From a virus, in the IMG/VR virus record IMGVR_UViG_3300044825_001821, positions 96,001-160,000 of that record: a DNA stretch of 64,000 bases; one strand, given 5' to 3'. The notes beneath the pieces are model-generated. The model saw only the letters and a list, made by a program, of their open reading frames with translations, was not told where the DNA came from and made no database searches. Both the position numbers and the translations under genes were made by a program. Positions 40,741 through 50,853 of the stretch are shown here, piece by piece (position 1 is the stretch's first letter; every line of letters starts with the position of its first letter).

Positions 40741-41952
40741 ATGTCGAATGTAACCAAAGTAGATAGATGTATTGCATGTGATTATGATACTCTATCGCAT
40801 ACTTTAGATTTAGGTAATCAACCATTAGCAAACTCTTTTACACCAACGAAAGAAAAACAAGAAGAATATCCTTTAGCAATCAATCGTTGTTTGAATTGTA
40901 ATCATCTTCAACTAACACATATTGTCGATCCAGAATTAATTTATAAGAACTATGCGTATGTGAGCGGTACTACAAAAACATACGTTGATTACATGGATTG
41001 GTTTGCAAAATGGGTAAGAGAATATTCTGGTCACTACTATGGTCACGTTCTTGATATCGGTTGCAATGATGGAACTCAACTAGATGCTTTTGCCCGTATA
41101 GGATTCAGAACATATGGTGTTGATCCTGCCGAGAACTTACATCAAATAAGCACATCAAAAGGACATAAAGTTGTTTGTGGTTTCTGGAATAAACAAACAA
41201 TTCAAGAGTTACATACTGGTGCTACACGGTTTGATGTAGCAGTTTCACAAAATGCATTTGCTCATATACCAGACCCACACACATATTTGAAGTTGCTACG
41301 ACCATTGATTGCTGATGATGGTTTGTTTTTCATTCAGACAAGTCAAGCTGACATGGTATTAAATGGAGAGTTTGATACAATTTATCATGAGCATATCAGT
41401 TTCTATAACATCAACTCAATGAGAGAATTGGCCACACGTTCTGGATGGAATCTTGTTGATGTTGTTAAAACACCTATACATGGTACAAGTTATGTTTTTA
41501 TTTTGAGTCCAAATAAATCAAAACCACAAAACATAAAGAATCTGATTGAGATGGAATCTAAACTACAGAAACCTATAACTTATACACTGTGGGCTTTTGG
41601 TGTTGAACAGATTAAAAATGAATTTAAAAAAGTTTGTGCAGAGTATAGAGAAAAAGGATATAGACTTGTTGGTTATGGTGCAGCCGCTAAAGGTATGACT
41701 CTTCTGAATTACGTAAAAGAAGAACTAGATTTTATTATTGATGATAATCCTTTGAAGCAGTATCATTACACACCTGGACTTAATATACCAATTACTTCTG
41801 TAGTCGAACTTGATGATGTAGAAGAACCTATTTGCTTCATTCCTTTGGCATGGAATTTCTTTGATGAGATAGTTAAAAGAATTAGAGATCGTAGAGTAGA
41901 TTCTAGGGATAAGTATGTAAGATACTTTCCTAAAGTTGGAGTACAAGAATAA
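40741..41952 (+). CDS. NDP-hexose C3-methyltransferase (Zn-finger + SAM domain)
   Basis: CxxC...LDLGNQPLAN...CxxC, DIGCNDG, YHEHISFY, GYGAAAKG, LAWNF. Confidence 0.88.
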   Translation: MSNVTKVDRCIACDYDTLSHTLDLGNQPLANSFTPTKEKQEEYPLAINRCLNCNHLQLTHIVDPELIYKNYAYVSGTTKTYVDYMDWFAKWVREYSGHYYGHVLDIGCNDGTQLDAFARIGFRTYGVDPAENLHQISTSKGHKVVCGFWNKQTIQELHTGATRFDVAVSQNAFAHIPDPHTYLKLLRPLIADDGLFFIQTSQADMVLNGEFDTIYHEHISFYNINSMRELATRSGWNLVDVVKTPIHGTSYVFILSPNKSKPQNIKNLIEMESKLQKPITYTLWAFGVEQIKNEFKKVCAEYREKGYRLVGYGAAAKGMTLLNYVKEELDFIIDDNPLKQYHYTPGLNIPITSVVELDDVEEPICFIPLAWNFFDEIVKRIRDRRVDSRDKYVRYFPKVGVQE

Positions 41953-41953
41953 A

Positions 41954-42493
41954 ATGACAACCAATAATCACTACGTAAACAACGCAGACTTTCTGGCAGC
42001 ACTAATTAAGTATAGAACAGATTGTGAAGATGCGAAAAAAAATAATACTTCAGAGCCAAAAGTTCCAGATTATATTGGTGAGTGTTTTCTAAAGATTGCA
42101 GAACATCTATCACGTAAACCAAACTTTATTTCTTACACATATCGTGATGAAATGATATCTGATGGTGTAGAAAACTGTCTGATGTATTTTCGTAATTTTG
42201 ATCCAGCTAAGTCTAAGAATCCATTTGCTTACTTCACACAGATAATTTACTATGCATTTCTGCGTAGAATTATGCGTGAGAAGAAACAATTGTATGTGAA
42301 GTACAAAGCCACACAACAGTTCGGTTTGCTTGATGAAGGTGAAATGTACGAGGATGAGAATGGTAACATGAAACAGTTTGAGTTGTACGACAACATCTCA
42401 GAGTTTATTCATAACTTCGAAGAAAACAAAAAGAAAAAGAAAGCTAAAAAAATTGTTGGTCTTGATAATTTTCTTGATGGTGAGGCTGAATAA
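41954..42493 (+). CDS. gp55: Late transcription sigma factor gp55
   Basis: HYVNNADF, YTYRDEMISDGVENC, NPFAYFTQIIYYAFLRRI. Confidence 0.95.
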   Translation: MTTNNHYVNNADFLAALIKYRTDCEDAKKNNTSEPKVPDYIGECFLKIAEHLSRKPNFISYTYRDEMISDGVENCLMYFRNFDPAKSKNPFAYFTQIIYYAFLRRIMREKKQLYVKYKATQQFGLLDEGEMYEDENGNMKQFELYDNISEFIHNFEENKKKKKAKKIVGLDNFLDGEAE

Positions 42494-42924
42494 TGAAAGT
42501 AGGATTCAACTGTAGCACATTTGATTTGTTTCATGCCGGGCATGTAGCTATGCTCAAAGAAGCAAAACGTCACTGTGATTACCTGATAATAGCAATACAA
42601 ACTGACCCTACTATTGATAGGCCAGAAAAAAATAAACCTATACAATCAATCTATGAAAGATTTGTGCAAGTCTCTGGTTGCAAATATGTCGATGAAATAC
42701 TTGTATATTCTACCGAAGAAGATTTATTAAATCTGTTAAAAACACAACACATTGACATAAGATTTCTTGGCGAAGATTATATAGGTAAAGACTTTACTGG
42801 CAGACAGTGGTGTATTGACAACGGAATCGAAATACACTATCATAGTAGAAAACATTCTTACAGTAGCACCGAACTCAGATTGAGGGTGCAACGAGCCGAA
42901 GAACAAAAATTAAATTGGTCATAG
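42493..42924 (+). CDS. Cytidylyltransferase (TagD/glycerol-3-phosphate CT-like)
   Basis: FDLFHAGH (HxGH) and RKHSYSSTELR. Confidence 0.88.
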   Translation: MKVGFNCSTFDLFHAGHVAMLKEAKRHCDYLIIAIQTDPTIDRPEKNKPIQSIYERFVQVSGCKYVDEILVYSTEEDLLNLLKTQHIDIRFLGEDYIGKDFTGRQWCIDNGIEIHYHSRKHSYSSTELRLRVQRAEEQKLNWS

Positions 42925-42927
42925 TTA

Positions 42928-44004
42928 ATGAAAATTTGCATACTTGGCGACACGCATTTTGGAATGCGAAATGACTCATTGGATTTTCATAAATACATTG
43001 AGAAGTTCTACGAGAACACGTTCTTTCCATACCTAAAAGAAAATGGTATTACTACCGTTGTACAACTTGGCGATCTATTCGACCGCCGTAAGTACATTAA
43101 TTTCAATTCACTCTATTTGTGTCGTAAATTTTTCTTTGATAAACTTAGAGAAAACAACATCACGTTCATTACGCTTCTTGGTAACCACGATGTCGCATAC
43201 AAAAACACCTTACAAGTTAATTCATCCGAACTTCTATTAAAAGAATATGATAATATTACTGTATATAATTCTTTTAGTACAGTTGATTTTGGGGGTATCG
43301 ATGTTGACATTGTACCTTGGCTCTGTGATGATAACCAAGATGAAATTCTTTCACAAATAAAACAATCACGTTCTCAAATTTGTTTTGGTCATTTTGAATT
43401 ATCTGGTTTTGAAATACAACCTGGTATAATTCATCACGAAGGACTTGACCGTGCTCTATTAAACAAGTATGATGTAGTTCTTACTGGTCACTATCACCAC
43501 AAATCAACCGATGGTTCTATCACGTATGTTGGTACGCCATACGAAATGTTTTGGTCAGACTACAATGACCCACGTGGTTTTCATATCTTCGATACAGATA
43601 CACGTGAATTGGAGTTCATACAAAATCCATATCGCATGTTTTACAAATTAAATTATAAAGATGATTTGGAACACTTTGCTGAAGGATATACATCATCGTG
43701 TATGGACTATTCAATCTATGAAGGCTCTTATGTTAAAGTGGTTGTTTTGACTAAATTGAATCCATTTCTCTTTGATATTGTGATTGATAATTTATACAAG
43801 GCTGGTGCTGCTGATATATCTGTCGTAGAAGATTTTACTGAGGTAGAAAATAATACCGATGAAGAACTAGTTGACCGTGCCGAAGATACCATGACCATTC
43901 TATCAAAATATATTGATAACCTGACATTAAATGTCGAGTCTGATAAACTAAAGAAAGTGGTACAAGAACTCTACGTAGAAGCATTGAATACCGAGACTGA
44001 ATGA
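42928..44004 (+). CDS. gp47: Recombination endonuclease subunit gp47 (Mre11/SbcD-like)
   Basis: GDTHFG, GDLFD, GNHD, GHYH metallophosphoesterase motifs. Confidence 0.95.
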   Translation: MKICILGDTHFGMRNDSLDFHKYIEKFYENTFFPYLKENGITTVVQLGDLFDRRKYINFNSLYLCRKFFFDKLRENNITFITLLGNHDVAYKNTLQVNSSELLLKEYDNITVYNSFSTVDFGGIDVDIVPWLCDDNQDEILSQIKQSRSQICFGHFELSGFEIQPGIIHHEGLDRALLNKYDVVLTGHYHHKSTDGSITYVGTPYEMFWSDYNDPRGFHIFDTDTRELEFIQNPYRMFYKLNYKDDLEHFAEGYTSSCMDYSIYEGSYVKVVVLTKLNPFLFDIVIDNLYKAGAADISVVEDFTEVENNTDEELVDRAEDTMTILSKYIDNLTLNVESDKLKKVVQELYVEALNTETE

Positions 44005-45710
44005 TATTATTTAAACGTCTGCGTTGGAAGAATCTACTTTCAACGGGCAACCATTTTACTGAAATATTACTGAATGGTAACCCTAACACACTCATCGTTG
44101 GAACAAATGGCTCAGGTAAGTCAACGATGCTTGACGCTTTGTGCTTTGGTTTGTTTGGTAAGCCTTTTCGTTCAATTAACAAACCAAACCTTGTAAATTC
44201 AATTAACAGTAGAGACACTGTAGTAGAGATTGAATTTTCTATTGGTAATAAAGAATATAAGATCGTTCGTGGTATCAAACCGAATGTGTTTGAGATATAT
44301 CAAGACAAGGTTTTGCTGAATCAAGATGCGGCTGTAAGAGATTATCAAGACTACTTAGAGAAGTTTATTCTCAAACTAAACTATAAGTCTTTCACACAGA
44401 TCGTGATTCTTGGTTCAGCATCCTTTACGCCGTTTATGCAATTGTCGGCTGCTGACCGTCGTGCAATCATCGAAGATTTGTTAGACATTCAAATCTTTTC
44501 TGTCATGAATGGATTGGTTAGAGAAAGACTATCTACCAACAAAGAGTTGACAGCAGCAAAGAAAAGTGAGATAGCATTGCTTGAACAAAAGCATGAACTC
44601 AAAAAAGAATACCAAGACAAACTCAATGAAGATATTGAAGTAAAGGTAAAAGAACATGAGAAAGAGATACTTTTGCACAGAGAAACCATTCGCACCTTAC
44701 ATGATGAGATTAACAACTTGGAGCGAACGAAGAAATCGCTTGACGAAACCTGCATCAAAATTCCTGAAAATGAAAAGAAGATTGCTGCGCTTAAAAAAAT
44801 TGAGTCACAAATTGAGAGCAAGATATCCAAAGTGGGAGATGATAGAAGTTTCTATGAACACAATGCTGATTGCCCAACCTGTAGGCAAGCAATTACCTTG
44901 GAGTTTAAAGAGGGGCAACTTACAGAACTTGGCACAAAAGAACACGAACTTGCTAGTGCTTTAATAGAACTGCAAACAAAAATCACAACGCAAGAAAATG
45001 TTGTTGCTGAACTGCGTGGCAAAGAAAAAGATTTATCAAACGTTCGCATTCAATTAGCAACTACACAAACCAGTGTGAAAGGTTTGAATGAAACAATCAT
45101 CAAATTAGAAAAACAAATTAAAGAACTAAGAACACCCAAAGAAAACAGCACAGACACAAACGAATTAGAAACAATTAAAACACAGATAAAACAAGCACAA
45201 GAAGAATTGAAACAGTTATTGGATGATAAAGCGTACCTTGATGTAGCATCAACATTATTGAAAGATACAGGCATCAAAACTAATATCATTAAACAATATT
45301 TGCCTGTGATAAACAAACTGGTGAACAAGTATCTTACCAGCATGGATTTCTTTGTGAACTTCAATCTTGATGAAGCATTCAAAGAAACAATCAAGTCACG
45401 CCATCGTGATGACTTTAGTTATCACAACTTCTCAGAAGGTGAGAAACAGCGTATTGATATGGCATTGATGTTGACATGGAGAGCAGTTGCTAAATTGAAG
45501 AACTCTACCAACACTAATCTGCTTATACTGGATGAGATATTTGATTCAAGCCTAGATACAAGTGGTACTGAAGATTTAATGAAGATACTTCATGAATTGA
45601 ATGGTGTTAATTTATTTGTTATAAGTCACAAGGGTGATGTTTTACAAGATAAATTTATGAATACTATTCGTTTTGAAAAAGTGAAAAACTTTTCAAGGAT
45701 AGTAAAATGA
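44001..45710 (+). CDS. gp46: Recombination endonuclease ATPase gp46 (Rad50/SbcC-like)
   Basis: GTNGSGKS, CPTC hook, FSEGEK, LILDEIFD. Confidence 0.96.
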   Translation: MILFKRLRWKNLLSTGNHFTEILLNGNPNTLIVGTNGSGKSTMLDALCFGLFGKPFRSINKPNLVNSINSRDTVVEIEFSIGNKEYKIVRGIKPNVFEIYQDKVLLNQDAAVRDYQDYLEKFILKLNYKSFTQIVILGSASFTPFMQLSAADRRAIIEDLLDIQIFSVMNGLVRERLSTNKELTAAKKSEIALLEQKHELKKEYQDKLNEDIEVKVKEHEKEILLHRETIRTLHDEINNLERTKKSLDETCIKIPENEKKIAALKKIESQIESKISKVGDDRSFYEHNADCPTCRQAITLEFKEGQLTELGTKEHELASALIELQTKITTQENVVAELRGKEKDLSNVRIQLATTQTSVKGLNETIIKLEKQIKELRTPKENSTDTNELETIKTQIKQAQEELKQLLDDKAYLDVASTLLKDTGIKTNIIKQYLPVINKLVNKYLTSMDFFVNFNLDEAFKETIKSRHRDDFSYHNFSEGEKQRIDMALMLTWRAVAKLKNSTNTNLLILDEIFDSSLDTSGTEDLMKILHELNGVNLFVISHKGDVLQDKFMNTIRFEKVKNFSRIVK

Positions 45711-46291
45711 TTTTTAATTATTTGTTCTCCAGTTTTTACATACAAGAAAAAGTAAATTTAAATAGTGAGTTAATTTCAGAATATTGTTTGAGTCTAAGAC
45801 AAAAAGACTCAGGTAGATTTATAACAAACTATGGTGGTTGGCAAAGCAATAAAATTACTCACCTGTCATCTGAGTTACAACCTCTATTGAGAGAAGTGCA
45901 AAACAGATTTACACCAATGAAAAAGTTGTTAGGTCTTAAAGAAAACGTTTCTCTTTCAATTGGAAGTCATTGGATAAACATAAATGGTAAAAACAATTTT
46001 AATATACCACATATACATCCATTTTCTTTAATGTCTGCTGTTTACTATGCGAAGGTGCCTAAAAATTCTGGTAAACTAATCTTTGAAAACCCTATTCAAC
46101 ATCATGATTATGTTATAGTACCAGATACAGTTGAAAACTATAACTCATTTAATTCTGGTGTTTGGAACGTTGTACCAGAAGAAAATGATTTATTATTCTT
46201 TCCTTCTTGGCTGAAACATTGGGTCGAGCCAAGTGAAACTGAAGAGGAAAGAATCTCGATAGCATTTAACATACAATATGATAACCAATAA
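45707..46291 (+). CDS. Putative 2OG-Fe(II) oxygenase (TIGR02466-like)
   Basis: WININ...HIHP...SAVYY...FPSWLKHWV...RISIAFN. Confidence 0.85.
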   Translation: MIFNYLFSSFYIQEKVNLNSELISEYCLSLRQKDSGRFITNYGGWQSNKITHLSSELQPLLREVQNRFTPMKKLLGLKENVSLSIGSHWININGKNNFNIPHIHPFSLMSAVYYAKVPKNSGKLIFENPIQHHDYVIVPDTVENYNSFNSGVWNVVPEENDLLFFPSWLKHWVEPSETEEERISIAFNIQYDNQ

Positions 46292-46841
46292 AGTATACGT
46301 CTTTGATTATATCATTGATGAAAATAAACGAAAAGATATGTATGACACTTTGGTGAAACAACACCAAACAAACGTTTATTTAAAAGAATCAAATAACATG
46401 GGTGTGAACCACCCCTTCATGACAGAACTCAACGAAGTATTCGTACAAAAATGTAGAGAGATATATGGACCGTTCGAGGAACAATCTTTAAAACAAAAAG
46501 ATCATCCTTGGATTCATGATTCTAGATATGAGGCATGGGTTTATTTAAACAATAAAGATTGGTATAAAGGAGAAAATATACACAATCATATGCCTACATC
46601 TACATATGTTGGTGTATATTATTTGAATGTACCCAAGCACTCAAATTTGATGAATGGTTGTTTGAAGTTCTACGATTACAAATGGCATCTGATTGATTAC
46701 TTTTATCCGAAGCAGGGACAATTCATTATCTTTGAATCTGATCTGTTTCATTCAATTACAAAAAACAATTGCGAAGAATACAGAATTTCAATTAATCTTG
46801 AAATACTTGTAAAGAAAAAATTAAAATTTGTGGAGCAATAA
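46278..46841 (+). CDS. Putative 2OG-Fe(II) oxygenase, paralogous to the upstream gene
   Basis: HNH...GVYYL...FESDLFHS...RISINL. Confidence 0.75.
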   Translation: MITNKVYVFDYIIDENKRKDMYDTLVKQHQTNVYLKESNNMGVNHPFMTELNEVFVQKCREIYGPFEEQSLKQKDHPWIHDSRYEAWVYLNNKDWYKGENIHNHMPTSTYVGVYYLNVPKHSNLMNGCLKFYDYKWHLIDYFYPKQGQFIIFESDLFHSITKNNCEEYRISINLEILVKKKLKFVEQ

Positions 46842-46842
46842 A

Positions 46843-47439
46843 ATGAGTGAATACATTACAATTGATACTGAAAAAGATATAACATGGAAAAATGAAAACA
46901 TAACTCCTTTACCTGTTCATGGTGAAGATTATTTCATGTTAGATGTTCGTATCCCCGAATACAAGGGGGAGTTTCCGAATGCGGCAATGGTACATTTAGC
47001 CAAACGATTGCGTATGACTATGAAACTATATTCTGGTTTAGGTTTGTCGGCTAATCAATGTGGCGTTGCTGAACGTATGTTTGTAATAGGTTCTGGTGAA
47101 TTTCAACTGACATGTTTAAATCCAAAATTGAAAGCACAATCTGCAAAAAGATCGAAAGAAAAAGAGGGATGTTTATCACACCCAGGTTTATTTTTAATTG
47201 TTGATAGGCCAGAAGTTATTGAAGTTGAGTTCTTAACAGAGGATGGTGAGAAAAAAGAAATGACTTTAGAAGGAATCACTGCAAGATGTTTTCTTCATGA
47301 GTTAGATCATTTAGATGGGGTTAGATATACCAAACTTGTAAAACCCCTTGCACTTAGAATGGCAAGACAAAGAGCAAACAAACTTGTTAAAAAGATTGTA
47401 AGGAAAAATAAAAATGAAAGACTGGCAACACGGGTATGA
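46843..47439 (+). CDS. def: Peptide deformylase
   Basis: GLGLSANQ, EGCLS, HELDH: all three PDF motifs. Confidence 0.93.
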   Translation: MSEYITIDTEKDITWKNENITPLPVHGEDYFMLDVRIPEYKGEFPNAAMVHLAKRLRMTMKLYSGLGLSANQCGVAERMFVIGSGEFQLTCLNPKLKAQSAKRSKEKEGCLSHPGLFLIVDRPEVIEVEFLTEDGEKKEMTLEGITARCFLHELDHLDGVRYTKLVKPLALRMARQRANKLVKKIVRKNKNERLATRV

Positions 47440-48508
47440 TTTAGACTATCTAAAAAGTCTAGCCGAAAAATACAAGCACTACAATTCTTATACATACTCA
47501 CCTTTTGCACAAGTAAAAAAGAATAACATTGCAGAAGGTTTGCATAAGGGCACACTGATTCACTTGTATGAAGATACACTTCTTGATGTGGTACATGTCA
47601 AATCGAAGGGTAGCATTACCATGCATGGTGACACAGTAATTGGTACAAAACAAAAAGGTGATGTTGTATTCTCAAAGATGACAGGCGATCCTAAAATTTT
47701 GAACATGGAAATTTCAAAATACAATCAGGATGCATGGATGTATGTGTGGGCAGAAGATAAAGTGATGAATGATTTTGCTGAGTCTATTGGGTTTTGTAAA
47801 GTTGCACCAAAGATTACCTCATTTGGTGAGATGTATATGGTATACTATCGTGGTAAGAAAAGAGATTTTCCAAAAGTTGACCCGGCAGAATATCAAAGTA
47901 TTTGCAAAATTCAAGATATTGATGTATCATTAATTGATAGTATTGCAGATAAGTTGAATGAACTACCTCAGTTTACAAATCATTACAGCAATTACAATAA
48001 AGGCAAATCATGGTCCGCACTATCCCTTCGTGGTTACACTGCCGATCCTGCCTTTATTACAAAACCAATTGAGATGAATGATAAATGGAAAGAAGAAAAT
48101 AAAGAGGTGCATTTTGAAATGCAAGACACACCTTTGTTTGAAATGTTTCCTGAAGTTCGTGAATTGATTAAACCGTTTGGTCAGAATATACACCGAGTGA
48201 GATTTATGAAATTGAAACCTGGCGGTGGTGAATTAGAAAGACACACCGATCAAGTTGACCCCGACTCTGGAGGTTCACTTGGTAAACTTGCAAGGTTACA
48301 TTTTCCAATCAAGACAAATGATAAAGTTAAGTTTACTGTCTGGCATACAAATGGTGTGCCTAGAGAAGTAACAATGAAAAAAGGTGAGTGTTGGTTTCTA
48401 GATACACGTAAGCCACATAGAGCAATCAATGGTGGTGATGAGGAACGAATTCATTTAGTAGTCGATATAATGACAGAGAAAGATTTACATGCTAGAATTG
48501 TTGAATGA
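47414..48508 (+). CDS. Fusion: GNAT-like N-terminal domain + aspartyl/asparaginyl beta-hydroxylase-type 2OG-Fe(II) oxygenase
   Basis: C-term RFMKLKPGG..ERHTD...RLHFPI.TN...KPHRAING...RIHLVVD. N-term YVWAEDK..NDFAESIGF resembles GNAT motif B (weaker). Confidence 0.75.
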   Translation: MKDWQHGYDLDYLKSLAEKYKHYNSYTYSPFAQVKKNNIAEGLHKGTLIHLYEDTLLDVVHVKSKGSITMHGDTVIGTKQKGDVVFSKMTGDPKILNMEISKYNQDAWMYVWAEDKVMNDFAESIGFCKVAPKITSFGEMYMVYYRGKKRDFPKVDPAEYQSICKIQDIDVSLIDSIADKLNELPQFTNHYSNYNKGKSWSALSLRGYTADPAFITKPIEMNDKWKEENKEVHFEMQDTPLFEMFPEVRELIKPFGQNIHRVRFMKLKPGGGELERHTDQVDPDSGGSLGKLARLHFPIKTNDKVKFTVWHTNGVPREVTMKKGECWFLDTRKPHRAINGGDEERIHLVVDIMTEKDLHARIVE

Positions 48509-49226
48509 TTGGAGTGATCCTAATCCAAAACCTATTATTGAGATGCACAATAATTTTTATGTTGTGCGTGATGACCTATTAGAATATGGAAGCAAAAGTA
48601 GATTCATTGATTACCTGATTAAAAGTGAGGGTAATGAGTGGGTGTTTGGTGGCGCAAACAAAGTAGGTTGGGGACCTATATCACTAACGCATGTTTGTAA
48701 TTTATACAATAAAAAAGCAACATTCTTTATGGCCAAAAGAAAAGAACCTACTTGGCACCAACAAAAAGTGTTAGACATGGGTGGCACAATTCATTGGGTC
48801 GATAATGGAATGTTGAATGTGACAAAAGCAAAAGCACGTAAGTATTATGAAGAAGATACAGTCAATCGTAGAGTGTTGCCTTTAGGTCTAGAACACCCTT
48901 CAGTGTTAGCATCGATAGTTAAAGTTGCAAAGAGTTTGGAAGTAACACCAACAGAAATATGGACAGTAGCATCAAGTGGAACATTAAGTAGAGGATTACA
49001 GTTAGCGTTTCCAGAACTGCCAGTGTATGCAGTTGAGATTGGACACAAAATGAGTGAGTATGAAAGAGGTCGTGCAATAACTATGCGCTCACCTTATAAG
49101 TACGATCAACCTATCAAAGAAGAAGAAGCACCACCATATCCATCAGAAAAATATTATGATGCAAAGATATGGCCATTTGTTATTGAACACGCCAAACCCG
49201 GCGCACTGATTTGGAATGTTGCATGA
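48489..49226 (+). CDS. PLP-dependent enzyme, fold type II (ACC deaminase/D-cysteine desulfhydrase-like), compact
   Basis: VRDDLL..GSKSR (PLP lysine), VASSGTLSRG phosphate loop, YDAK, LIWNV. Confidence 0.8.
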   Translation: MLELLNDWSDPNPKPIIEMHNNFYVVRDDLLEYGSKSRFIDYLIKSEGNEWVFGGANKVGWGPISLTHVCNLYNKKATFFMAKRKEPTWHQQKVLDMGGTIHWVDNGMLNVTKAKARKYYEEDTVNRRVLPLGLEHPSVLASIVKVAKSLEVTPTEIWTVASSGTLSRGLQLAFPELPVYAVEIGHKMSEYERGRAITMRSPYKYDQPIKEEEAPPYPSEKYYDAKIWPFVIEHAKPGALIWNVA

Positions 49227-50797
49227 AATATTTTTATGAAAAGAATACAGAGTTACTTGAATCAAATGTAAACAAAACATTTGATGAAGTTCTTATTATG
49301 ACGAAGGATGAATTTCGTCAATGGGCTATTGACTTACGCAAAAAAGTTGTTTATCTGTGGGATGAAAAAGGTCAACCACCACGTGTGGGATATGATGAAC
49401 AAGAAATCATCGATCAGTTCAATGAGATGACTTCATTTCCTGTTCATAAATTTTTGGTTGAAGATGAATACACAAATGAAAAAAATGTAATTCGTAATAC
49501 AAGTGTGATTGGGAATGCAGTTAATCAATGGTTTCCTACCATGATGAAAACACGAATCAATTACACCAAAGATGTTGACAAAGGCAAATCAATATACGAT
49601 TACTTTGCACGTGATGACTTACTTGATACGTTTGTAACGTATGCTTCAAGGCATTTCAAACGAGATTCTTTTTATCATTACTCTTCACCAATTCAAGTTG
49701 ATAAACTAATTCAGATTGGTTCATTGCAGGTTGTACCACAAACAACAAAAGAGTTTGTTGAGTGGTTCGAAACTAAAGCAAGAGGCTATGGCACACATGA
49801 CTATTGGTTAGAACCTGCTGATGAAGATAAAGAATACACAGGATACAATGAAGAGTTGAAGAATCAAAAGTATTTGTTTGTTTCACGTGATGAAATTATT
49901 GATTTGAACATACCTGTTCATTGTATAACAAATATTGATGCCAAGGAAGGTGTCAACACATATAGAATTAGACTATATGAAAAAGAACAAAAACTTTTTC
50001 CTGTAGGTCTTAAAGCTTTCCGTGTGTCGTTCTGTCAGTATGCGGTTAATTTTCCTCCATTGACAGCCAAATACTTGTATGAACGATACACGGAGCCTTT
50101 TAAAAATCAAGAGCAAATAATCATATACGATCCATCTTCTGGTTGGGGTGGTCGTTTACTTGGCGCATTGTCGGTTGACGATAATCGAAACATACATTAC
50201 GTGGGAACTGATCCTAACACAGATCATAACACCCACAGCGGTAGAACAAAGTACCATGAGTTCGCTGACTTTTTTAATACGAACACGTACAGAGCGACTG
50301 GTTTGTTTCCTAAAACACACACATATGAAATCTTTCAACACGGTTCTGAAGAAATACACAATGATCCTGCGTTTCAAAAGTATAAAGGTAAGTTAGATTT
50401 GATCTTTACTTCACCACCATACTTTGCTAAAGAAGCCTACTCTGAAGATGACGCACAATCGTATAAAAAATTTAGTCAATATGATTTGTGGCGTGATGGA
50501 TTTCTTCGTAAGACATTAGAAACTTGTGCCGAGTATCTAAAGAGTGATCGATATCTGTTATGGAATATTGCTGATGCAGTGTTTGATAGTGAAATGCTTC
50601 CACTAGAACAAGATTCAATTGATATACTTACCGAGTATGGATTGATCTATAAAGGCAAACTGAAAATGTCACTGGCACAAATGCCAGGAGGCAATCGTGT
50701 TGACTCAGAGACAGGACTACCTAAAGCAAAAAACTTTTGCAAAGTTAATAACATGTGGCTCAAATACGAACCTATTTTTGTCTTTTATAAACCTTGA
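49223..50797 (+). CDS. SAM-dependent amino-type (N4C/N6A) DNA methyltransferase-like protein with long N-terminal region
   Basis: Motif I YDPSSGWGGRLLG, YVGTDPN, motif IV DLIFTSPPYF..E.YS. Confidence 0.82.
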   Translation: MKYFYEKNTELLESNVNKTFDEVLIMTKDEFRQWAIDLRKKVVYLWDEKGQPPRVGYDEQEIIDQFNEMTSFPVHKFLVEDEYTNEKNVIRNTSVIGNAVNQWFPTMMKTRINYTKDVDKGKSIYDYFARDDLLDTFVTYASRHFKRDSFYHYSSPIQVDKLIQIGSLQVVPQTTKEFVEWFETKARGYGTHDYWLEPADEDKEYTGYNEELKNQKYLFVSRDEIIDLNIPVHCITNIDAKEGVNTYRIRLYEKEQKLFPVGLKAFRVSFCQYAVNFPPLTAKYLYERYTEPFKNQEQIIIYDPSSGWGGRLLGALSVDDNRNIHYVGTDPNTDHNTHSGRTKYHEFADFFNTNTYRATGLFPKTHTYEIFQHGSEEIHNDPAFQKYKGKLDLIFTSPPYFAKEAYSEDDAQSYKKFSQYDLWRDGFLRKTLETCAEYLKSDRYLLWNIADAVFDSEMLPLEQDSIDILTEYGLIYKGKLKMSLAQMPGGNRVDSETGLPKAKNFCKVNNMWLKYEPIFVFYKP

Positions 50798-50822
50798 CAA
50801 GTAAAACCACCTCTGCTACACT
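50794..50822 (+). promoter_or_regulatory. Sigma70-type (early) promoter
   Basis: TTGACA-N17-TACACT with extended TG. Confidence 0.75.
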
Positions 50823-50853
50823 GGTACAGTGATAGATGAATGAGGAGGCAAAC

